From Heterodontus francisci (Eukaryota): a DNA stretch of 64,000 nucleotides. Each line of letters begins with the position of its first letter. Position 1 is the stretch's first letter. The notes under the pieces were generated by a model that did no database searches, had not been told where the DNA came from, and saw only the letters and a list, made by a program, of their open reading frames with translations. Of this stretch, positions 12,501 through 24,500 are shown piece by piece. The position numbers were made by a program, and so were the translations under genes. The DNA is taken from assembly GCF_036365525.1 (NCBI RefSeq), contig NC_090384.1, positions 55,549,895 to 55,613,894 of the forward strand, given 5' to 3'.

Positions 12501-15500
12501 TCATCAATGTACCGGAAAAAGAGTTGGGGGAGGGGGCCTGAGTAGGACTGGAACAAAGAATGCTCGACATATCCCACAAAAAGACAGGCATAACTAGGAC
12601 CCATGCGGGTACCCATAGTTACTTGAAGGAAATGCATGGAGTTGAAGGAGAAGTTGTTCAATGTGAGAACAAGTTCAGCCAGGCGGAGGAGGGTGTTGGT
12701 GGATGGGGACTGGTTGCTGTTCAATATTCAGTATATTCACACCTAATCTGTACTAATGCTTTGTCTTTCAACACACCATTAACATATTGTTTGCCTTTGC
12801 TCCGTGACCTTTTGGTCAGCTATGTGGCCTGGTCCAATCTGCACCTTCTCCTTTGTTATCTCTTGCCCAACCCCCACCTCACTTGTTTATAATCTGTGAC
12901 TTTTCTAATATTTGTCAGTTCCGAAGAAGGGTCGCTGACCCGAAACGTTAACTCTGCTTCTCTTTCCACCGATGCTGCCAGACCTGCTGAGTGGTTCCAG
13001 CATTTCTTGTTTTTGTTTCAGATTTCCAGCATCCGCAGTATTTTGCTTTTATTTAAGGTTTAAGAAGAATCCTGGGCCCCAATGAAAAACAAGACTACCT
13101 ACAATCAAGGACTACATTGAACTTGAAGCACAGTAAAAACTCCTCTTCAGTGACTGCCTCAAACTTTTTCACTTTATTTTTCTTCTGCTCTTTTCTGTCC
13201 CCATTTGCATGTGCATATCATGTACGCATGTTAGCATGGGGTGCAGTGTGTATCCGTAGGTGTTAACTGATTAGAGTTTAAGTTTATGTTTTAATAAATT
13301 TCACTTTCCTTCTTTAAACCTAAGAAAGCCTGTTCATGCTCATTTCTTTGCCTTATGATTGGAAAATGGTGAACAAAGATTCACCAAGGGGGAGCTCAAA
13401 ACAGAGTGTGTTTAAAATTAAATCCCTTTACCATAAGACCAGGTGAAGACAGTAAAAAACCCCTAGACACCTTTCACACCTGGTTGTAACAGTAATTTGG
13501 GTGCTAGCATCCGGAATTTTACCCACAGACAAACAAGAGAAATTGGAAGCCAATATAATAAAAGCAAAATACTGCGGATGCTGGAAATCTGAAATAAAAA
13601 CAAGAAATGCTGGAACCACTCAGCAGGTCTGGCAGCATCTGTGGAAAGAGAAGCAGAGTTAGCGTTTCGGGTCAGTGACCCTTCTTCGGAATTGGAAGCC
13701 AAATTGTTCCCAATAAAAAAAAGAGCAAAATTAATACAGGTTTTCTTGTGGTTGTGTGTGATTGAATACTAACATGTCTGCAACTGAAGCGAGTAGCTCT
13801 CCAAGCCAGGGTGAAGTTACAAGGACTTTCCATGAAGGAGTTGAGAAAGATGGCTGAGCAGTGTGGGATCACAGTACGTGGCAAGGCTGGGAAATCTTGA
13901 ATCTGAAGAGGCAGAACAAGGTTTAAGAAGAATACTGGGCCCCAATGAAAAGCAAGACTACCTACAATCAAGGACTACAGCGAGCTTGAACACCTCTTCA
14001 GGTGTGTATCCATAGGCATTAACTGAATTAGAGTTTAAGTTCCAATAAATTTTACTTTTCTTCTTTAGACCTAAGAAAGCCTGTTTATGCTCATTTCTTT
14101 GCCTTATAATTGGAAAGTGGTGAACAAGGATTCACCAAGGGGGAGCTGAAACGACAGTGTGTTTAAAATTAAATCCCATTACAATAAGACCAGGTGATGA
14201 CAGTAAAAGACCCCTGGACACCTTTCACACCTGGTCGTTAACGCCTGGCCACACGTGCTGCTATACAAAATGACCTGGATTTTGCAGTCGACAGTGAAGC
14301 AAGGGTACTTGCCACTGACATCGAAGAAAGCTGCCTGCAAAGATCTAATGCCCTCTGTGGTGCTATTTCCTCTTTCCCCACAGCAGTTTAACTCTGGCAC
14401 CAAGTCAAGGCGATGTCTTGCTTGCAGCTGCAGAGGTACCACAAGCAGGTAGGCAACCAATCAAATTGAACCATTCACACACATCAAACCAGGAAGTTAA
14501 AAGATTTTAAAATTCTTCACTTTTAATTTAAATGTTCAGATAGACAAATAAATATATGATTATATTAAAATAAAAGTTAAACTAAAGATAAACGGACTTC
14601 TATAAAAGGAAATTATGTTTTTAAAACTATGAGGTATTTTTTATCATTCTTTTTCAGGGCCAGTGAACATGGTTAGCAGTGATTATGAATTTAGTACCCC
14701 ATTAAAAACCCAGTTACACCTCATTCAACCAGGTGTAACTTTTCAAAGAATTTCAAAGAACAAAAGAATTTTTACAGCACTCTATCAGTGTTAGATGGAA
14801 GGTCTCATCAATTCACGACTGCAAGGGAGATAGCAGTCTGTAGGAACCTCTACTATACACCAAGGAGAGGAATGTAGACTCACTGACAACAACTTCTAGA
14901 TTTTCACGTTATTTCTGCAAGCGTCCAAACTCCCATAGTTGGAGCCAGTTTCAGTGGCGCAATGACGGAACTCTTATTACCACAGCAAAATCTGGGCCTT
15001 AAAGAAAGTGAATGAATTCCATTCCGCTTCATGAAGTTCACATTAAAGGCCTGCTCAGGTCAGGAAAAAAAAAACAGACCCGAACCCAACAGAACCACAT
15101 CGGACCCGAGTCTGACCAGACCCGACCTGAGCCCGACACAACCACCGGAATGTTCACATTATTTACCTTCTGACTACGAATCTGCAGGAAGCTGCAGCGT
15201 GAGCGTGATGACATCATAGAGACGCTCACTTGCTCACTGCGCAGACTCAGTTTCCCTCCTTGACGTCCCGGATGCCCAGCTCAGGTAGGCTTTTAAACTT
15301 TTGACACTTGCTAGCAGAGTAAAATGCTGCAGATCTGGCCCGACCTGGACCCGGCCAGACCCGAGCCCGAAAACCAGACCCGGAAGAGCGACCCGACCCT
15401 CCCCGAACCCAACACATGTCGTCGGGTCCCGTTGGGTTCGGGTCGGGTAGCAGGCCTTTAGTTCACATGAGTTTCAGACCGCGCCTTTATAGCCACATGG

Positions 15501-18500
15501 GAGAGATCAATGCTAGCTTTCACTTATGGGAATGCAGCTACAAGCTAATGACTTGCCCAGTATTATTGAGTCCATGTAGAACTAAATGAACTCAGAGGTG
15601 TCCTGAACAAGAAACTCATGTGTCTAATATAGCAATGGATATGCCTCAGTGTTCTGTGTTCTCTTTGGCATAGATATCTGTGGGTTGGGTGTTATCTGCA
15701 TGCATAATGGCAAACCCTCCTGACTTCTACCCTTTCCTCATCTACATTCTTATTCTCCTCCTCAAAGCACAGGAAAAATGGAATGAATCTCCAGAGAGAA
15801 ATGTTTTATATGTACAGTTATACTATCTGTAAAGCGTTAGGAACTATTTAGCTAGGAACTATTTGTTAGGTGTAAGTGTTCCAGCAGGCGGCCACATTCA
15901 CAGCTGCACTGGGGAGTCATGCTCTATGTAACACAAGAATCAGTGGAATCAGGTTCTACAGCACAAAGCATGGTGCTGAAATAAACAAGACGGACTCCAG
16001 CCTTTTCCAAGTTTAAAGTGTGATTTTTTCTAACATTTGGGAACTAGAAACAACATAAAGACAAAATATGGTGGCAGCAAGTGTCTGTGAGGAAACCTAC
16101 AACATTTTTAAAAGCATCAGATTGAAAAATGTGGCCCAAATTAGTGCTGGAGAGAGAGACAGAAAAATTGAGTGACTCGTGCAAAAACTCTAAAAAAAAG
16201 ATCGAAATGTAAGCCGGGACGGGAATGAATGCACTGTTACAGCCCATGATGAATTGGGGAGCTGATGATGTCGTAGAGGCATTTGAGAAGTTTAAACAAA
16301 AGTGTAATTTGGCATTCAGTAGTTTCCCAAAAGGAACTAGTGAAGAGGAGAGGGTCAGCTATATCCTTCTGTTGGCTGGAGATATTATTTAACATCTGGT
16401 TCCTAAGCGAAGAGGACAGCAGAAATCCAGACAAAATTTTTCAAAGATTCAGCATCCATCTCCAGCCAAAATGAAATCATCGGATATACTGATATGAATT
16501 TCAAGGCCTCAGACAGGAATTAGATGAGCCTATTAACGATTTTCTGGCAAGATTGAAAAATGCAGCCAGAAAATGTAAATTTAAGGATACAGATGAACGG
16601 CTGATAGATCAGCTCATTTGGGGTCTTGCACATCCTGAAGTACAGAAAGCTCTAATCGGAAAGGACAAGCTCACAATATCGCAGGCTGTAGACACTGCCA
16701 GAGCTCATGAAGCCACGAGAAGACAGATGAAGACTCTGACCTGCCAAATGGCTAGCCTTCAAGTAAGCCAAGAGACAGGCAGCAGGGTTGATGCAGTGAA
16801 ACAACAACTCACAAATGTACATCAAACAGAGAGAAAGATGTGTAGGAACTGTGGATGACCACATGAATTGACAGATAGAAGTAAATGTCCCGCATGTGGA
16901 TCAATCTGCAGAGCTTGCGGAAAGACCAATCACTGGGAAAAGATGTGCAGGACACGGCAGGAAGTGGTAGATGAGTCATCAGAGCCAGAGTTACAGGGCG
17001 AAGGAATAGCAAAAGAAACCAAAACATCCATACCTGGAAGATGCCGATGGGTTTGAGAACATGATAGACATAGGAACTATACAATTGCACAAAATGTCTG
17101 GGTGTGACAGTTCACAGAGAAAAGAAATTCACACAACCATTCAGATCAAGAAGAGACTGAGAAATAAGCCCACAATGATAAATCTGAAGGTGAAGATTGA
17201 TACTGGAGCGCAGAGTAACATCATCCTGCTCAGACTATACAGCAGATTGTTCTTGAAAATTTGGAGAGAAATGGTTATCCAAGGGAAGGTGCTCTGAAAC
17301 CAAACAACGTCATGCTAAGAGCATATGGGGGAACTGAGATTCGACAGCTAGGAACAACCCAAATCAGAGGGACACACAAAGAAACAGAATCCATATTTGA
17401 CCTACACCTGAGCTGGAACAACAGAAAATACATCAACAAAACCGGAAACATCACTATCCAGTGAGAAACATGAACAACATCACCAGCAGGTGACACGACA
17501 TCACCTGTACAGCGTGCCAACTCATACTGAGAGCAACAAATGCCAAATCTACAAGATGGAGGCACAACATCTTACCACCCAAGCGATACCATGAATAACA
17601 TTTAAAAAAATACACGCTATAAAAGACTCTAAAAAGGGGTTTAGATTATTTCCACAAGTCGGATGATAATCTTTTTTATTTATATTGACAGTTATATTGA
17701 TATAGGGGCATTATGTTTTAAAGAAGGATGTTATCTATGTATATATTGTTGTACTATCTGTAAAGTGTTCAGAACTAATTAGCTAGGAACTAGTTGTTAT
17801 GTGTAAGTGTTCCAGTATGGGGCCACATTCATTGCTGCACTGGGATGGCATGTTATACGTAACACAAGAACCAGTGGAATCAGGTTCTACAGCACAAAGC
17901 ATGGTGTTGGAATAAACAAGACTGACTCCAGCCTTTTCCAAGTTTGAAGTGTGATTCTTTCTAATATCTGGGAACCAGAAACAACATAAAGACAAAAAAA
18001 GAAATCCGTTATTTCACGATGCAGAGCTCCTTTAAAATCTCAGAAAATTATCAAAGAAACTGAAGCTTGAAAGTAATGGAAGTGGCTCTCAGTCACAACT
18101 GGGTGGCAGAAACATACTTCTGTGTGAGCTTGCACCTTCTTGCTCTCTATCTGCCTCTGCAGCACCATATAGACTCAGCACCACCAACTTCAGTAATAAT
18201 AATTTTCAGAGGTGTTAAGTAGATGGAAATGCAAAGAAATCACAAGGGAACATTTGCCCATGTGCCCCAAGGTTTATTTATACACAGCAGGGAACATTCC
18301 TGTTGGGTGGATCAGGGTCAAAGCAGGTGATAGAGTCAGAGAGTCATTTAGAGAGAGGACAGAAATCATGGCTGTTATTTTAAGGATGGAGTTTTTACTG
18401 TCAGACCACCTGAAAATGTAGTTTTTTTCAAAAGGAAAATCCAGGCCCAGAATTTGCACTTGGAATTCTGAATAATTAGCTTATGCCAGAGTATTGAGTG

Positions 18501-21500
18501 TTAATAGTCTTTAACCAAAAATTACTTGGAACTGACACAGCTGTAGATGCAAACCAACCCCTGATTTTTGCTGGGACATAACTGCACAGATGCCAGCCAC
18601 TTTATGGTAACTCATCTATAGCTCAATCCAATCCTATCCTCATATGAAGTTCAAGTACACACACTTTATGAGAGAAGTCAATGCATATTATTAGGAGCAG
18701 GAACCATGGTTGACCTTTCCCCTCCCTAGGCCAGTGTTGCTGAGGCAGATTGTCACACCTTACTGCCACTCCAGGTGATATCATCTAACTGACCACATAA
18801 TCAAACATGGGACTTTCCCAGACTGCACGACTCAGTAGCACATTGGGAAATACGCATATATCACTGAGTTACCAATGCCGTCTTCTTAAATATTAGCACA
18901 ATTTAGCGATGAAATGAACACCAGAGATCTGGGAGAGCAAGGAGAATCACACCAGTAGTATCAAGGATTTAAACTGAAGTGCGACAAAGCAGCAGCAGAG
19001 TTAGGAAAGTGAGGGACACAATGGGAGTGGTCCCAAAGATCTAATGTAAAGTGCAACAGAGCAGCAGTAGGGAGATGGGAAAGTAAGGAGCACCACAGGA
19101 GCAGTCCCAAGGATTTAAACAGAGCAAGCGAGATGTATGACACAGCAGAAAAAAAAATAGCAAAGTATAGTCACAGCACAACAAAGGCTGTTGAGGGTAA
19201 GTTTACAGATAAACATTTAAGTTAGCATACCTAGAACTTAAATCTAGATGAAGAAATTAGTTAAAAAAAATTTTAAAAAGCTCAGTTGAATTGGGGAGCC
19301 TAGATGTAAGGAAGTGTGCGCATCAGGGATGGAGGTAAAAAAAATGCCTAAACTGACATCAGCACAAGCTGATTGATGAGTAGCTGGTGCGTTTTTTTGT
19401 CTCGATCAGTTACAAATCTTAAGGTTATTTCTGGTAATTTTAGATAGTGGTCTAATAAATCGAGGCATGGCAGGGCACCTCAGTCCTGTTGAATGCACAT
19501 TCTCTGCCATGTGTGAACTCCAGGATGCTTCTTTTGTCCTGGACAACCACATGTACAGGAAATGCCATCAGCTGAAGCTCTGGGTTTCAGAGCGTGAGCA
19601 GGAGTTGTTATTACTGCAGTACATTCACGAAGCAAAAGAGTCAGTTTTAGTTAAAGGATTAAAATATAAAAATGTATTTTATTGAAATCCTTTACAAACC
19701 AGAACTTTATTCATCTCAACACTGGCAAGATAGAAGCCATCCTGTTCAGTTTCTGACTGAAACTTTGGGCTAAATTTTATTTGGAGGCCACAGGTCCCGA
19801 CGTTGGGACCAGAAGTGGGTGCATTGGGGCAATCAGCGGCCGGTCGAATGCAGTTAAGTGGCGGCCATCAATTAAGATTCGGGAATTGTGGGGGCCATCC
19901 AGTGAGAGGACGGAAGTGGCAGCAGAGGCGGCAAAAGTGGTGTCCAGTGACACCACGCAAGTTTCAGCTGCCATATTTAAAGAGTGGAAAGCCCATACCT
20001 GACTGCTGCTTGCATTAATACAGCCCCTGCATTCAGGAATGCCAAGGATGGGATCGGAAGCCCACAAACAGAATGGCAGAAGAAAGACACTGGGTGGCCC
20101 CATGGTTCAATGATGCCTCCCTCCAGGCTCTGCTCCAGGCTGCAAGGGAAAGGTGGGAGGTCCTCTTCCACAGGGATGGGAGGAGGCGACCAGGCTACCT
20201 GGACGGAGATAATGGAGGAGATCAGCAGCCATGGTGTCACCCCAAGGACCTGGATTCAGTGCCGGAAAAAGATCAGTGACCTGATATGGTCTGCTAAGGT
20301 GAGTGTTCCATTCACTTCCTTTGGGTCTAGCTTTGGGTCAGAGCGAGAGACTGCATTTGGTGGAACACCAGCCTTGGCAATGGGGTTCTGGCATTGTCAA
20401 TGGGGCCTGAGGCATGGCTGAACCCCAGTCTGTCAATGCATTCCCCTGCATGGTCCCTCAAGAGTTGCTGCATGCAGGAGGTGTATGTGTGCCCCCATCA
20501 TTGCTTGCTGGACTATCATCATGAGATATCTGAGGTTTTTACTCACTGGGAGACAAACCTTGTTCACCATTATGTCTGCAGGAGAAGACTGTCCACAACA
20601 GGAAGCAGCATGCCAAGACCAGCAACGGAGTGCTTTATCTCCATGTCCTAACCATGATGGAGACCAGGGAACTGGCAGGGCATCAAGCTGGACGCGCCAT
20701 AGCTGATGCTGAGACTGGGCTCCCACTCAAGAGAGTGAGTGAGCATCTCTTGAAGCAGAAGAATGTAACTGATGGCAAAGAGCCATGCTGCGCTTGTAAT
20801 CCCCATTGCATCAATGGAGAAGCACATTTGGAGTGGTAGGAATGACATGATGGGCAGACCCGAATTCTTCAATGTCTATGATTTCTCATACAGGTCAAGG
20901 AACAATTGGTCACCTCTGAGGTGGAGGCTGCCTCAGAGGGTCCATTGTCATATCACTCCCCAGCACCCTCCACTAGTGTAATATTCTCACATCAGAGGAC
21001 AGTTGCATGCTTTTAGATTTGGGCACACAACCTAGTGAGCTCAGCACAGATACACCAGGGCAGCTGACAGAGGCTGTGACAGTTGAAGGACTGTGGGAGG
21101 TCTGGCCCATGCTGAGCACCAAGCTGATGCTGTGCCTTTGGTGTCAGCGGCAACACGGGAAATGTTGCAGAGAGGTCAGACGATATTTGGCAGAGATCCC
21201 AGTGGTTACGCGTGCCCAAGCACAGATGATGAAGGAGTACATCCAGGCCTTGGCTGCTCCCTTTTTACCTGTGCCTCTCACACTCACACACAGAAACACA
21301 CACACACATACACTGGTTAGCTCTATTACAGACAAAAAACATTTGGGCTGAATACTTACTCATTCTTGAAGGAACAGCAGATGAGATATGTTGTGTTCCA
21401 AAACTGGCATATAGTCTGGCCTTTGAGTACATGTAGACAGGTCACTGGGATCTTTTAGAACAGTTCTTTTCAGGCAGCATTGAGAATTAATTTAGCAGTT

Positions 21501-24500
21501 TTTGTTCAAAGACAGGAGATGAAATGTGTTGACACAGTGGACTTCTCAGGGTCTTTTAGAGAGGTGCTGGAAAGCTGAGCTGTGGTCTTCTCTCCTTCCT
21601 TGAGACGTTCTCTTCTCTCCTTGCTATATAATCCAACCCTAACTCAAAACAATTCCAAAGTGAAACCGACAACAGGTGGTCAACCTTTTGACCTCCATCA
21701 ATCTTAACCTGTCACTTCTTTGGAAACAACTTCTCCAGGTGTCCACAGTTCTCGGCTGTTTATTGAGCTGGAAGTCAGGGTGGTTTCCTGGAAAGGCTTG
21801 TTTTCCTCACAAGACCTCTCAATGCACCAAAACTCCTCAGACAGCACCTTCCAAACCCACAAGCTCTACCACCTAGAAAGACAAGGGCAGAAGATGCATG
21901 GGAATACCACCACCTGCAAGTTACCCTCCAAGCCTCACACCATACTGACTTGGAATTATATCGCTCTTTCTTCACTGTTGCTGTGTCAAATTCCTGGAAC
22001 TCCCTTCCTAACAGCACTGTGGGTCAACACCTTCTCAAGGACAATTAGGGATGGGCAAAAATTGCTGTCCTAGCCAGCAATGTCCACATCCCATGAATGA
22101 ATAAAAAAAGGAATGGGTCTTGAATTGAAAGAACTTTGGAAGCTTACAGTTAGGGCATTTGGAATGTTTTCATCTACTTCCTTTAAAACGTTGGGAAGGA
22201 AACATCTTTTCCTGGGGAACTATCACTCTTCAGTGTCATTATTTTCTTCATTACTGTAATTTTGCTTATGTTAATTTTGATAAGTACCAGTCCCTGATTC
22301 AGTATTAGTTTCCTTGGGATGTCCAACTTGCCATCATTTTCTTCTACTGTAAATACTCACACAAAATAATTATTCAACATGTCCCCCATTTCCTTATTTT
22401 CATTTACAATATTACCATTATTAGTTTTCAAAGCCCCACATTTCTCCTGAACACCCTTTTCTTAATTGTTAAAAATGTTTATATTGTTTTTGATATCCTT
22501 TACCGTTTCTTTTCATATTTCCTTTTTTGTAGCTCTTACTATCGCTGCCCCAACCAAGGTAATGTTAACTTTGTAAAGATTGCATTCCTCATGATCTGTA
22601 TGGCTTAGTTACTGACTGGTAAACTCACTGATTCATCAGAGGAGCCAGAAATTTAATGTTTGGAATGCAATATTGCCTTTTATAGATTGCAAACAAACGT
22701 CCTGTACTGTGAACGTAACAGCAATTTATATCACATATCAGGAAAATGATTCTGTCTCTCTTACCTGATACTTGCATCACTGAACTCTTTTCCTCTTTAT
22801 GGGGAGTAACAAAAACAATGCAGGTGTAATTTCCTTCTTCATTAAGTTGTACATTTGGAAGGTAAAGTGAAGCATTTCCTTTCCGTAAAGCGTCGTCAAA
22901 AATCTTTGCCCCATTTCTCTTTCGCAGATGTTGTCCTCCGTTAAATATATACACGTCTGTCCGGCTTGTTCGCGATTCAAAAACCCATCGAACAGCTACG
23001 TGTGTGAGGTCAGGTTCTGGGTTACTGTATTTGCATTTTAAAAGAGCATCTTCATTTACTGAAACTTCCAGCGGAGAGGGAAATATCTCCAATTCTAATG
23101 ATCCTTTAAAATAAAAACATCTTAAAACATTAATATACATAAAAGTAGCCTCATATCACATATAGATGAGCGTTTTTAAACTTTTTGTTCATTCATCAAA
23201 AAATACATTTGAAAATCATTTGTTTCAAACTATCCATTCTGTAACCATTCCCTATATATATTGATGCCCATATCTCCAGTAAACTTTCATTATAATGTGA
23301 AAAGTTTTCTGCCTTGGGTTATTGGTTCCATATCTTTTCATTAAGTATGTAAAATAGTTTTAGTTCTGATTCTCTCTTACTGTTCTATCATGGTTCCAGT
23401 CCTATTTCTCCCAATGCAGAACACCGCACTACCATCATTTGAAAATTCTTCAGGCAAGGTAAATTATTTTTCACACAGACTACAGTTAACACCCTAAACT
23501 GACCAGCATGTTTTATTTTGAATAATCCTGAGATTACTACCTTTCAGGTCTTGCTCTTTAATCTATCACTTAATTTCTGAAACTCCACATGCAGTACCTG
23601 CATTTTATTTCTTCATGTTTTATAGGTTCCGACATGAATCACTATTTCTGGCTGATGCAAAATCTTTTATATCCACTCCCTTACCCCATTACTACTGAGC
23701 TTCTGAACTGCAGTCTCTCCTGTTTGACACCTGTTGCCTCCATGGTCCCATCATTTTGTTTTCTCTTTCAAGTTTTGTCTTTGTCACAGCTATTGAGTAC
23801 TGAATATCTGGTTGGTAATTCGACATTCACAGGAGATCCTTGTACTGCCCTCCTGTCAATGCTTCCTGGATGGTCTTCCATCCCCACCTCCCAACCCCAA
23901 CACCCTATCCTTCCTATGCTCAATACCTCACTCTGCATGTGAGATTGAAGGGGCAGGGGGGAAGGTGGTGGTGACATCCTGGATTATGTATTCCAAGAAC
24001 CCTTTAGCCTCCTAAATGTGATGTGGACTTCACCAGCTAGTTCTCAAGCTCAGTAACCTTGAGCTCATGAACAAACAGCCAGAGACACCTGCTACACGTG
24101 TGGTTATCCCTGAGACACAAAATATCTAGAACTTCTCACATTGTGCAGATATCACATATCATGGATCTTAGGTGCCCACCCCCACTAGCCTCTGAATACC
24201 AAATGTAATTGTTTACTCTTAAAGGTTTAAGAAACTCAAGTGTAATGCAGTGACTAACTCCTCCAATATAATTCCTAATACACAAATATAAACTTAAAAT
24301 AATTTGCAATATCATCATGGGATATTCTGATGTTGTGAAAAGTACTGTATACATGCAAGATTTTTAGGGTAAACAAGAAAAAAAGGAAAGACTTGCACTT
24401 GCACTTGCACCACCAACAGATGCCTCAAAGAGCTTTACAGCCAATGAAGTACTTTTGAAATGTAGCCACTGTTGTAATGTAGGAAACACAGCAGACAATT

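Larger units (their letters stand above)
10570..14243 (+). mobile_element. Internally deleted Gypsy LTR element (family of 59154), 5' LTR 10570-13491 interrupted by a Penelope-like element
   Basis: TGTCA...GTAACA LTR followed by a PBS-like TTTGGGTGCTAGC, a short gag start and a partial 3' LTR (about 13915-14243). 5-bp TSD CCTGG at 10565-10569 and 14244-14248. Confidence 0.85.

Noticed and set aside
9131-23103. Tapasin, SIRP, Ig/TCR or MHC identity for the V and C1 exons
   Set aside because: No RSS or J segments, no tapasin N-terminal domain or TM lysine, and only one C1; the motifs fit B7-H6 better.
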